A DNA stretch of 64,000 bases from Eledone cirrhosa (lineage: Eukaryota), in assembly GCA_964016885.1 (NCBI GenBank), contig OZ024743.1, positions 76,446,001-76,510,000 on the forward strand, written 5' to 3'. Numbering within the stretch: the first letter of the stretch is position 1; every line of letters begins with the position of its first letter. Position numbers and translations under genes: made by a program. The notes beneath the pieces are model-generated. The model made no database searches. It had not been told where the DNA came from and worked only from the letters and a program-made list of their open reading frames with translations. This document shows, piece after piece, positions 43,113-55,100 of this stretch.

Positions 43113-46100
43113 ATGCGTAGAGACATGGAACTTCACCGTTTGGTGTCCAAATGCGCGATTAGCCCACCGGGAGTGTGAAACCGCTAGTTCTTGTTAGGAC
43201 ATCTTAGAAGGAAAACTCTGATGTAAAACCTGCAACTCAATGGCAGCCAATGATGTTGACATGTTCTTCTTTTTGGATACCTGTCACCATTGTTCAGAGA
43301 GTGGGGTTGGCCCAGTGTAAGGTCTTTCTTGTCACCATTGTTCAGAGAGTGGGGTTGGTCCAGTGCAAGGTATTTCTTGTCACCATTGTTCAGAGAGTGG
43401 GGTTGGTCCAGTGCAAGGTCTTTCTTGTCACCATTGTTCAGAGAGTGGGGTTGGCCCAGTGCAAGGTATTTCTTGTCACCATTGTTCAGAGAGTGGGGTT
43501 GGCCCAGTGCAAAGTTTTTCTTGTCACCATTGTTCAGAGAGTGGGGTTGGCCCAGTGCAAGGTCTTTCTTGTCACCATTGTTCAGAGAGTGGGGTTGGTC
43601 CAGTGTAAGGTCTTTCTTGTCACCATTGTTCAGAGAGTGGGGTTGGCCCAGTGCAAGGTCTTTCTGGTCACAATTGTTCAGAGAGTGGGGTTGGTCCAGT
43701 GCAAGGTCTTTCTTGTCACCATTGTTCAGAGAGTGGGGTTGGTCCAGTGCAAGGTCTTTCTTGTCACCATTGTTCAGAGAGTGGGGTTGGCCCAGTGCAA
43801 GGTCTTTCTTGTCACCATTGTTCAGAGAGTGGGGTTGGCCCAGTGCAAGGTCTTTCTTGTCACCATTGTTCAGAGAGTGGGGTTGGCCCAGTGCAAGGTC
43901 TTTCTTGTCACCATTGTTCAGAGAATGGGGTTGGTCCAGTGCAAGGTCTTTCTTGTCACCATTGTTCAGAGAGTGGGGTTGGCCCAGTGCAAGGTCTTTC
44001 TTGTCACCATTGTTCAGAGAGTGGGGATGGCCCAGTGCAAGGTCTTTCTTGTCACCATTGTTCAGAGAGTGGGGTTGGTCCAGTGCAAGGTCTTTCTTGT
44101 CACCATTGTTCAGAGAGTGGGGTTGGCCCAGTGCAAGGTCTTTCTTGTCACCATTGTTCAGAGAGTGGGGTTGGCCCAGTGCAAGGTCTTTCTTGTCACC
44201 ATTGTTCAGAGAGTGGGGTTGGTCCAGTGCAAGGTCTTTCTTGTCACCATTGTTCAGAGAGTGGGGTTGGTCCAGTGTAAGGTCTTTCTTGTCACCATTG
44301 TTCAGAGAGTGGGGTTGGCCCAGTGCAAGGTCTTTCTTGTCACCATTGTTCAGAGAGTGGGGTTGGTCCAGTGTAAGGTCTTTCTTGTCACCATTGTTCA
44401 GAGAGTGGGGTTGGCCCAGTGCAAGGTCTTTCTTGTCACCATTGTTCAGAGAGTGGGGTTGGCCCAGTGCAAGGTCTTTCTTGTCACCATTGTTCAGAGA
44501 GTGGGGTTGGTCCAGTGTAAGGTCTTTCTTGTCACCATTGTTCCAGAGAGTGGGGTTGGCTCAGTGTAAGGTCTTTCTTGTCACCATTGTTCAGAGAGTG
44601 GGGTTGGCCCAGTGCAAGGTCTTTCTTGTCACCATTGTTCAGAGAGTGGGGTTGGCCCAGTGCAAGGTCTTTCTTGTCACCATTGTTCAGAGAGTGGGGT
44701 TGGTCCAGTGCAAGGTCTTTCTTGTCACCATTGTTCAGAGAGTGGGGTTGGTCCAGTGTAAGGTCTTTCTTGTCACCATTGTTCAGAGAGTGGGGTTGGC
44801 CCAGTGCAAGGTCTTTCTTGTCACCATTGTTCAGAGAGTGGGGTTGGTCCAGTGTAAGGTCTTTCTTGTCACCATTGTTCAGAGAGTGGGGTTGGCCCAG
44901 TGCAAGGTCTTTCTTGTCACCATTGTTCAGAGAGTGGGGTTGGTCCAGTGTAAGGTCTTTCTTGTCACCATTGTTCAGGGAGTGGGGTTGGCCCAGTGCA
45001 AGGTCTTTCTTGTCACCATTGTTCAGAGAGTGGGGTTGGTCCAGTGTAAGGTCTTTCTTGTCACCATTGTTCAGAGAGTGGGGTTGGTCCAGTGCAAGCT
45101 CTTTCTTGTCACCATTGTTCAGAGAGTGGGGTTGGCCCAGTGCAAGGTCTTTCTTGTCACCATTGTTCAGAGAGTGGGGTTGGTCCAGTGTAAGGTCTTT
45201 CTTGTCACCATTGTTCAGAGAGTGGGGTTGGCCCAGTGCAAGGTCTTTCTTGTCACTATTGTTCAGAGAGTGGGGTTGGTCCAGTGTAAGGTCTTTCTTG
45301 TCACCATTGTTCAGAGAGTGGGGTTGGCCCAGTGCAAGGTCTTTCTTGTCACCATTGTTCAGAGAGTGGGGTTGGTCCAGTGTAAGGTCTTTCTTGTCAC
45401 CAATGTTCAGAGAGTGGGGTTGGCCCAGTGCAAGGTCTTTCTTGTCACCATTGTTCAGAGAGTGGGGTTCGCCCAGTGCAAGGTCTTTCTTGTCACCATT
45501 GTTCAGAGAGTGGGGTTGGTCCAGTGTAAGGTCTTTCTTGTCACCATTGTTCAGAGAGTGGGGTTGGCCCAGTGTAAGGTCTTTCTTGTCACCATTGTTC
45601 AGAGAGTGGGGTTGGTCCAGTGCAAGGTCTTTCTTGCCACCATTGTTCAGAGAGTGGGGTTGGCCCAGTGTAAGGTCTTTCTTGTCACCATTGTTCAGAG
45701 AGTGGGGTTGGTCCAGTGCAAGGTCTTTCTTGTCACCATTGTTCAGAGAGTGGGGTTGGTCCAGTGTAAGGTCTTTCTTGTCACCATTGTTCAGAGAGTG
45801 GGGTTGGTCCAGTGCAAGGTCTTTCTTGTCACCATTGTTCAGAGAGTGGGGTTAGTCCAGTGCAAGGTCTTTCTTGTCACCATTGTTCAGAGTGGGGTTG
45901 GTCCAGTGTAAGGTCTTTCTTGTCACCATTGTTCAGAGAGTGGGGTTGGCCCAGTGTAAGGTCTTTCTTGTCACCATTGTTCAGAGAGTGGGGTTGGTCC
46001 AGTGCAAGGTCTTTCTTGTCACCATTGTTCAGAGAGTGGGGTTGGTCCAGTGTAAGGTCTTTCTTGTCACCATTGTTCAGAGAGTGGGGTTGGTCCAGTG

Positions 46101-49100
46101 TAAGGTCTTTCTTGTCACCATTGTTCAGAGAGTGGGGTTGGTCCAGTGCAAGTTCTTTCTTGTCACCATTGTTCAGAGAGTGGGGTTGGTCCAGTGCAAG
46201 GTCTTTCTTGTCACCATTGTTCAGAGAGTGGGGTTGGTCCAGTGCAAGGTCTTTCTTGTCACCATTGTTCAGAGAGTGGGGTTGGTCCAGTGCAAGGTCT
46301 TTCTTGTCACCATTGTTCAGAGAGTGGGGTTGGTCCAGTGCAAGGTCTTTCTTGTCACCATTGTTCAGAGAGTGGGGTTGGTCCAGTGCAAGGTCTTTCT
46401 TGTCACCATTGTTCAGAGAGTGGGGTTGGTCCAGTGCAAGGTCTTTCTTGTCACCATTGTTCAGAGAGTGGGGTTGGTCCAGTGTAAGGTCTTTCTTGTC
46501 AGCATTGTTCAGAGAGCGGGGTTGGCCCAGTGTAAGGTATTTCTTGTCACCATTGTTCAGAGAGTGGGGTTGGTCCAGTGCAAGGTCTTTCTTGTCACCA
46601 TTGTTCAGAGAGTGGGGTTGGTCCAGTGTAAGGTCATTCTTGTCACCATTGTTCAGAGAGTGGGTTGGTCCAGTGCAAGGTCTTTCTTGTCACCATTGTT
46701 CAGAGAGTGGGGTTGGTCCAGTGCAAGGTCTTTCTTGTCACCATTGTTCAGAGAGTGGGGTTGGTCCAGTGTAAGGTCTTTCTTGTCACCATTGTTCAGA
46801 GAGTGGGGTTGGCCCAGTGTAAGGTCTTTCTTGTCACCATTGTTCAGAGAGTGGGGTTGGTCCAGTGCAAGGTCTTTCTTGTCACCATTGTTCAGAGAGT
46901 GGGGTTGGTCCAGTGTAAGGTCTTTCTTGTCACCATTGTTCAGAGAGTGGGGTTGGTTCAGTGTAAGGTCTTTCTTGTCACCATTGTTCAGAGAGTGGGG
47001 TTGGTCCAGTGTAAGGTCTTTCTTGTCACCATTGTTCAGAGAGTGGGGTTGGCCCAGTGTAAGGTCTTTCTTGTCACCATTGTTCAGAGAGTGGGGTTGG
47101 TCCAGTGCAAGGTCTTTCTTGTCACCATTGTTCAGAGAGTGGGGTTGGTCCAGTGTAAGGTCTTTCTTGTCACCATTGTTCAGAGAGTGGGGTTGGCCCA
47201 GTGTAAGGTCTTTCTTGTCACCATTGTTCAGAGAGTGGGGTTGGTCCAGTGTAAGGTCTTTCTTGTCACCATTGTTCAGAGAGTGGGGTTGGCCCAGTGC
47301 AAGGTCTTTCTTGTCACCATTGTTCAGAGAGTGGGGTTGGCCCAGTGCAAGGTCTTTCTTGTCACCATTGTTCAGAGAGTGGGGTTGGTCCAGTGTAAGG
47401 TCTTTCTTGTCACCATTGTTCAGAGAGTGGGGTTGGCCCAGTGCAAGGTCTTTCTTGTCACCATTGTTCAGAGAGTGGGGTTGGCCCAGTGCAAGGTCTT
47501 TCTTGTCACCATTGTTCAGAGAGTGGGGTTGGTCCAGTGCAAGGTCTTTCTTGTCACCATTGTTCAGAGAGTGGGGTTGGTCCAGTGTAAGGTCTTTCTT
47601 GTCACCATTGTTCAGAGAGTGGGGTTGGTCCAGTGCAAGGTCTTTCTTGTCACCATTGTTCAGAGAGTGGGGTTAGTCCAGTGCAAGGTCTTTCTTGTCA
47701 CCATTGTTCAGAGTGGGGTTGGTCCAGTGTAAGGTCTTTCTTGTCACCATTGTTCAGAGAGTGGGGTTGGCCCAGTGTAAGGTCTTTCTTGTCACCATTG
47801 TTCAGAGAGTGGGGTTGGTCCAGTGCAAGGTCTTTCTTGTCACCATTGTTCAGAGAGTGGGGTTGGTCCAGTGTAAGGTCTTTCTTGTCACCATTGTTCA
47901 GAGAGTGGGGTTGGTCCAGTGCAAGGTCTTTCTTGTCACCATTGTTCAGAGAGTGGGGTTGGTCCAGTGCAAGGTCTTTCTTGTCACCATTGTTCAGAGA
48001 GTGGGGTTGGTCCAGTGTAAGGTCTTTCTTGTCACCATTGTTCAGAGAGTGGGGTTGGTCCAGTGCAAGGTCTTTCTTGTCACCATTGTTCAGAGAGTGG
48101 GGTTGGTCCAGTGCAAGGTCTTTCTTGTCACCATTGTTCAGAGAGTGGGGTTGGTCCAGTGCAAGGTCTTTCTTGTCACCATTGTTCAGAGAGTGGGGTT
48201 GGTCCAGTGTAAGGTCTTTCTTGTCACCATTGTTCAGAGAGCGGGGTTGGCCCAGTGTAAGGTATTTCTTGTCACCATTGTTCAGAGAGTGGGGTTGGTT
48301 CAGTGCAAGGTCTTTCTTGTCACCATTGTTCAGAGAGTGGGGTTGGTCCAGTGTAAGGTCATTCTTGTCACCATTGTTCAGAGAGTGGGGTTGGTCCAGT
48401 GCAAGGTCTTTCTTGTCACCATTGTTCAGAGAGTGGGGTTGGTCCAGTGCAAGGTCTTTCTTGTCACCATTGTTCAGAGAGTGGGGTTGGTCCAGTGTAA
48501 GGTCTTTCTTGTCACCATTGTTCAGAGAGTGGGGTTAGCTCAGTGTAAGGTCTTTCTTGTCACCATTGTTCAGAGAGTGGGGTTGGCCCAGTGCAAGGTC
48601 TTTCTTGTCACCATTGTTCAGAGAGTGGGGTTGGCCCAGTGCAAGGTCTTTCTTGTCACCATTGTTCAGAGAGTGGGGTTGGTCCAGTGTAAGGTCTTTC
48701 TTGTCACCATTGTTCAGAGAGTGGGGTTGGCCCAGTGCAAGGTCTTTCTTGTCACCATTGTTCAGAGAGTGGGGTTGGCCCAGTGCAAGGTCTTTCTTGT
48801 CACCATTGTTCAGAGAGTGGGGTTGGCCCAGTGCAAGGTCTTTCTTGTCACCATTGTTCAGAGAGTGGGGTTGGTCCAGTGCAAGGTCTTTCTTGTCACC
48901 ATTGTTCAGAGAGTGGGGTTGGTCCAGTGTAAGGTCTTTCTTGTCACCATTGTTCAGAGAGTGGGGTTGGTCCAGTGCAAGGTCTTTCTTGTCACCATTG
49001 TTCAGAGAGTGGGGTTAGTCCAGTGCAAGGTCTTTCTTGTCACCATTGTTCAGAGTGGGGTTGGTCCAGTGTAAGGTCTTTCTTGTCACCATTGTTCAGA

Positions 49101-52100
49101 GAGTGGGGTTGGCCCAGTGTAAGGTCTTTCTTGTCACCATTGTTCAGAGAGTGGGGTTGGTCCAGTGCAAGGTCTTTCTTGTCACCATTGTTCAGAGAGT
49201 GGGGTTGGTCCAGTGTAAGGTCTTTCTTGTCACCATTGTTCAGAGAGTGGGGTTGGTCCAGTGCAAGGTCTTTCTTGTCACCATTGTTCAGAGAGTGGGG
49301 TTGGTCCAGTGCAAGGTCTTTCTTGTCACCATTGTTCAGAGAGTGGGGTTGGTCCAGTGTAAGGTCTTTCTTGTCACCATTGTTCAGAGAGTGGGGTTGG
49401 TCCAGTGCAAGGTCTTTCTTGTCACCATTGTTCAGAGAGTGGGGTTGGTCCAGTGCAAGGTCTTTCTTGTCACCATTGTTCAGAGAGTGGGGTTGGTCCA
49501 GTGCAAGGTCTTTCTTGTCACCATTGTTCAGAGAGTGGGGTTGGTCCAGTGTAAGGTCTTTCTTGTCACCATTGTTTAGAGAGCGGGGTTGGCCCAGTGT
49601 AAGGTATTTCTTGTCACCATTGTTCAGAGAGTGGGGTTGGTCCAGTGCAAGGTCTTTCTTGTCACCATTGTTCAGAGAGTGGGGTTGGTCCAGTGTAAGG
49701 TCATTCTTGTCACCATTGTTCAGAGAGTGGGGTTGGTCCAGTGCAAGGTCTTTCTTGTCACCATTGTTCAGAGAGTGGGGTTGGTCCAGTGCAAGGTCTT
49801 TCTTGTCACCATTGTTCAGAGAGTGGGGTTGGTCCAGTGTAAGGTCTTTCTTGTCACCATTGTTCAGAGAGTGGGGTTGGCCCAGTGTAAGGTCTTTCTT
49901 GTCACCATTGTTCAGAGAGTGGGGTTGGTCCAGTGCAAGGTCTTTCTTGTCACCATTGTTCAGAGAGTGGGGTTGGTCCAGTGTAAGGTCTTTCTTGTCA
50001 CCATTGTTCAGAGAGTGGGGTTGGTTCAGTGTAAGGTCTTTCTTGTCACCATTGTTCAGAGAGTGGGGTTGGTCCAGTGTAAGGTCTTTCTTGTCACCAT
50101 TGTTCAGAGAGTGGGGTTGGCCCAGTGTAAGGTCTTTCTTGTCACCATTGTTCAGAGAGTGGGGTTGGTCCAGTGCAAGGTCTTTCTTGTCACCATTGTT
50201 CAGAGAGTGGGGTTGGTCCAGTGTAAGGTCTTTCTTGTCACCATTGTTCAGAGAGTGGGGTTGGCCCAGTGTAAGGTCTTTCTTGTCACCATTGTTCAGA
50301 GAGTGGGGTTGGTCCAGTGTAAGGTCTTTCTTGTCACCATTGTTCAGAGAGTGGGGTTGGCCCAGTGCAAGGTCTTTCTTGTCACCATTGTTCAGAGAGT
50401 GGGGTTGGCCCAGTGCAAGGTCTTTCTTGTCACCATTGTTCAGAGAGTGGGGTTGGTCCAGTGTAAGGTCTTTCTTGTCACCATTATTCAGAGAGTGGGG
50501 TTGGCTCAGTGTAAGGTCTTTCTTGTCACCATTGTTCAGAGAGTGGGGTTGGCCCAGTGCAAGGTCTTTCTTGTCACCATTGTTCAGAGAGTGGGGTTGG
50601 CCCAGTGCAAGGTCTTTCTTGTCACCATTGTTCAGAGAGTGGGGTTGGCCCAGTGCAAGGTCTTTCTTGTCACCATTGTTCAGAGAGTGGGGTTGGTCCA
50701 GTGCAAGGTCTTTCTTGTCACCATTGTTCAGAGAGTGGGGTTGGTCCAGTGTAAGGTCTTTCTTGTCACCATTGTTCAGAGAGTGGGGTTGGTCCAGTGC
50801 AAGGTCTTTCTTGTCACCATTGTTCAGAGAGTGGGGTTAGTCCAGTGCAAGGTCTTTCTTGTCACCATTGTTCAGAGTGGGGTTGGTCCAGTGTAAGGTC
50901 TTTCTTGTCACCATTGTTCAGAGAGTGGGGTTGGCCCAGTGTAAGGTCTTTCTTGTCACCATTGTTCAGAGAGTGGGGTTGGTCCAGTGCAAGGTCTTTC
51001 TTGTCACCATTGTTCAGAGAGTGGGGTTGGTCCAGTGTAAGGTCTTTCTTGTCACCATTGTTCAGAGAGTGGGGTTGGTCCAGTGCAAGGTCTTTCTTGT
51101 CACCATTGTTCAGAGAGTGGGGTTGGTCCAGTGCAAGGTCTTTCTTGTCACCATTGTTCAGAGAGTGGGGTTGGTCCAGTGTAAGGTCTTTCTTGTCACC
51201 ATTGTTCAGAGAGTGGGGTTGGTCCAGTGCAAGGTCTTTCTTGTCACCATTGTTCAGAGAGTGGGGTTGGTCCAGTGCAAGGTCTTTCTTGTCACCATTG
51301 TTCAGAGAGTGGGGTTGGTCCAGTGCAAGGTCTTTCTTGTCACCATTGTTCAGAGAGTGGGGTTGGTCCAGTGTAAGGTCTTTCTTGTCACCATTGTTTA
51401 GAGAGCGGGGTTGGCCCAGTGTAAGGTATTTCTTGTCACCATTGTTCAGAGAGTGGGGTTGGTCCAGTGCAAGGTCTTTCTTGTCACCATTGTTCAGAGA
51501 GTGGGGTTGGTCCAGTGTAAGGTCATTCTTGTCACCATTGTTCAGAGAGTGGGGTTGGTCCAGTGCAAGGTCTTTCTTGTCACCATTGTTCAGAGAGTGG
51601 GGTTGGTCCAGTGCAAGGTCTTTCTTGTCACCATTGTTCAGAGAGTGGGGTTGGTCCAGTGTAAGGTCTTTCTTGTCACCATTGTTCAGAGAGTGGGGTT
51701 GGCCCAGTGTAAGGTCTTTCTTGTCACCATTGTTCAGAGAGTGGGGTTGGTCCAGTGCAAGGTCTTTCTTGTCACCATTGTTCAGAGAGTGGGGTTGGTC
51801 CAGTGTAAGGTCTTTCTTGTCACCATTGTTCAGAGAGTGGGGTTGGTTCAGTGTAAGGTCTTTCTTGTCACCATTGTTCAGAGAGTGGGGTTGGTCCAGT
51901 GTAAGGTCTTTCTTGTCACCATTGTTCAGAGAGTGGGGTTGGCCCAGTGTAAGGTCTTTCTTGTCACCATTGTTCAGAGAGTGGGGTTGGTCCAGTGCAA
52001 GGTCTTTCTTGTCACCATTGTTCAGAGAGTGGGGTTGGTCCAGTGTAAGGTCTTTCTTGTCACCATTGTTCAGAGAGTGGGGTTGGCCCAGTGTAAGGTC

Positions 52101-55100
52101 TTTCTTGTCACCATTGTTCAGAGAGTGGGGTTGGTCCAGTGTAAGGTCTTTCTTGTCACCATTGTTCAGAGAGTGGGGTTGGCCCAGTGCAAGGTCTTTC
52201 TTGTCACCATTATTCAGAGAGTGGGGTTGGCCCAGTGCAAGGTCTTTCTTGTCACCATTGTTCAGAGAGTGGGGTTGGTCCAGTGCAAGGTCTTTCTTGT
52301 CACCATTGTTCAGAGAGTGGGGTTGGTCCAGTGCAAGGTCTTTCTTGTCACCATTGTTCAGAGAGTGGGGTTAGTCCAGTGCAAGGTCTTTCTTGTCACC
52401 ATTGTTCAGAGAGTGGGGTTGGCCCAGTGCAAGGTCTTTCTTGTCACCATTGTTCAGAGAGTGGGGTTGGTCCAGTGTAAGGTCTTTCTTGTCACCATTG
52501 TTCAGAGAGTGGGGTTGGCCCAGTGCAAGGTCTTTCTTGTCACCATTGTTCAGAGAGTGGGGTTGGCCCAGTGCAAGTTCTTTCTTGTCACCATTGTTCA
52601 GAGAGTGGGGTTGGCCCAGTGCAAGGTCTTTCTTGTCACCATTGTTCAGAGAGTGGGGTTGGTCCAGTGCAAGGTCTTTCTTGTCACCATTGTTCAGAGA
52701 GTGGGGTTGGTCCAGTGTAAGGTCTTTCTTGTCACCATTGTTCAGAGAGTGGGGTTGGCTCAGTGTAAGGTCTTTCTTGTCACCATTGTTCAGAGAGTGG
52801 GGTTGGCCCAGTGCAAGGTCTTTCTTGTCACCATTGTTCAGAGAGTGGGGTTGGCCCAGTGCAAGGTCTTTCTTGTCACCATTGTTCAGAGAGTGGGGTT
52901 GGTCCAGTGCAAGGTCTTTCTTGTCACCATTGTTCAGAGAGTGGGGTTGGCCCAGTGCAAGGTCTTTCTTGTCACCATTGTTCAGAGAGTGGGGTTGGTC
53001 CAGTGCAAGGTCTTTCTTGTCACCATTGTTCAGAGAGTGGGGTTGGCCCAGTGCAAGGTCTTTCTTGTCACCATTGTTCAGAGAGTGGGGTTGGTCCAGT
53101 GTAAGGTCTTTCTTGTCACCATTGTTCAGAGAGTGGGGTTACCCCGGTGCAAGGTCTTTCTTGTCACCATTGTTCAGAGAGTGGGGTTGGTCCAGTGTAA
53201 GGTCTTTCTTGTCACCATTGTTCAGAGAGTGGGGTTGGCCCAGTGCAAGGTCTTTCTTGTCACCATTGTTCAGAGAGTGGGGTTGGCCCAGTGCAAGGTC
53301 TTTCTTGTCACCATTGTTCAGAGAGTGGGGTTGGCCCAGTGCAAGGTCTTTCTTGTCACCATTGTTCAGAGAGTGGGGTTGGTCCAGTGCAAGGTCTTTC
53401 TTGTCACCATTGTTCAGAGAGTGGGGTTGGTCCAGTGTAAGGTCTTTCTTGTCACCATTGTTCAGAGAGTGGGGTTGGTCCAGTGCAAGGTCTTTCTTGT
53501 CACCATTGTTCAGAGAGTGGGGTTGGTCCAGTGTAAGGTCTTTCTTGTCACCATTGTTCAGAGAGTGGGGTTGGCCCAGTGTAAGGTCTTTCTTGTCACC
53601 ATTGTTCAGAGAGTGGGGTTGGTCCAGTGCAAGGTCTTTCTTGTCACCATTGTTCAGAGAGTGGGGTTGGTCCAGTGTAAGGTCTTTCTTGTCACCATTG
53701 TTCAGAGAGTGGGGTTGGTTCAGTGTAAGGTCTTTCTTGTCACCATTGTTCAGAGAGTGGGGTTGGTCCAGTGTAAGGTCTTTCTTGTCACCATTGTTCA
53801 GAGAGTGGGGTTGGCCCAGTGTAAGGTCTTTCTTGTCACCATTGTTCAGAGAGTGGGGTTGGTCCAGTGCAAGGTCTTTCTTGTCACCATTGTTCAGAGT
53901 GGGATTGGTCCAGTGTAAGGTCTTTCTTGTCACCATTGTTCAGAGAGTGGGGTTGGCCCAGTGTAAGGTCTTTCTTGTCACCATTGTTCAGAGAGTGGGG
54001 TTGGTCCAGTGCAAGGTCTTTCTTGTCACCATTGTTCAGAGAGTGGGGTTGGTCCAGTGTAAGGTCTTTCTTGTCACCATTGTTCAGAGAGTGGGGTTGG
54101 TCCAGTGCAAGGTCTTTCTTGTCACCATTGTTCAGAGAGTGGGGTTGGCTCAGTGTAAGGTCTTTCTTGTGACCATTGTTCAGAGAGTGGGGCTGGTCCA
54201 GTGTAAGGTCTTTCTTGTCACCATTGTTCAGAGAGTGGGGTTGGCCCAGTGCAAGGTCTTTCTTGTCACCATTGTTCAGAGAGTGGGGTTGGCCCAGTGC
54301 AAGGTCTTTCTTGTCACCATTGTTCAGAGAGTGGGGTTGGTCCAGTGCAAGGTCTTTCTTGTCACCATTGTTCAGAGAGTGGGGTTGGTCCAGTGTAAGG
54401 TCTTTCTTGTCACCATTGTTCAGAGAGTGGGGTTGGTCCAGTGCAAGGTCTTTCTTGTCACCATTGTTCAGAGAGTGGGGTTGGTCCAGTGTAAGGTCTT
54501 TCTTGTCACCATTATTCAGAGAGTGGGGTTGGCTCAGTGTAAGGTCTTTCTTGTCACCATTGTTCAGAGAGTGGGGTTGGCCCAGTGCAAGGTCTTTCTT
54601 GTCACCATTGTTCAGAGAGTGGGGTTGGTCCAGTGCAAGGTCTTTCTTGTCACCATTGTTCAGAGAGTGGGGTTGGCCCAGTGCAAGGTCTTTCTTGTCA
54701 CCATTGTTCAGAGAGTGGGGTTGGCCCAGTGTAAGGTCTTTCTTGTCACCATTGTTCAGAGAGTGGGGTTGGTCCAGTGCAAGGTCTTTCTTGTCACCAT
54801 TGTTCAGAGAGTGGGGTTGGTCCAGTGTAAGGTCTTTCTTGTCACCATTGTTCAGAGAGTGGGGTTGGTTCAGTGCAAGGTCTTTCTTGTCACCATTGTT
54901 CAGAGTGGGGTTGGTCCAGTGTAAGGTCTTTCTTGTCACCATTGTTCAGAGAGTGGGGTTGGCCCAGTGTAAGGTCTTTCTTGTCACCATTGTTCAGAGA
55001 GTGGGGTTGGTCCAGTGCAAGGTCTTTCTTGTCACCATTGTTCAGAGAGTGGGGTTGGTCCAGTTTAAGGTCTTTCTTGTCACCATTGTTCAGAGAGTGG

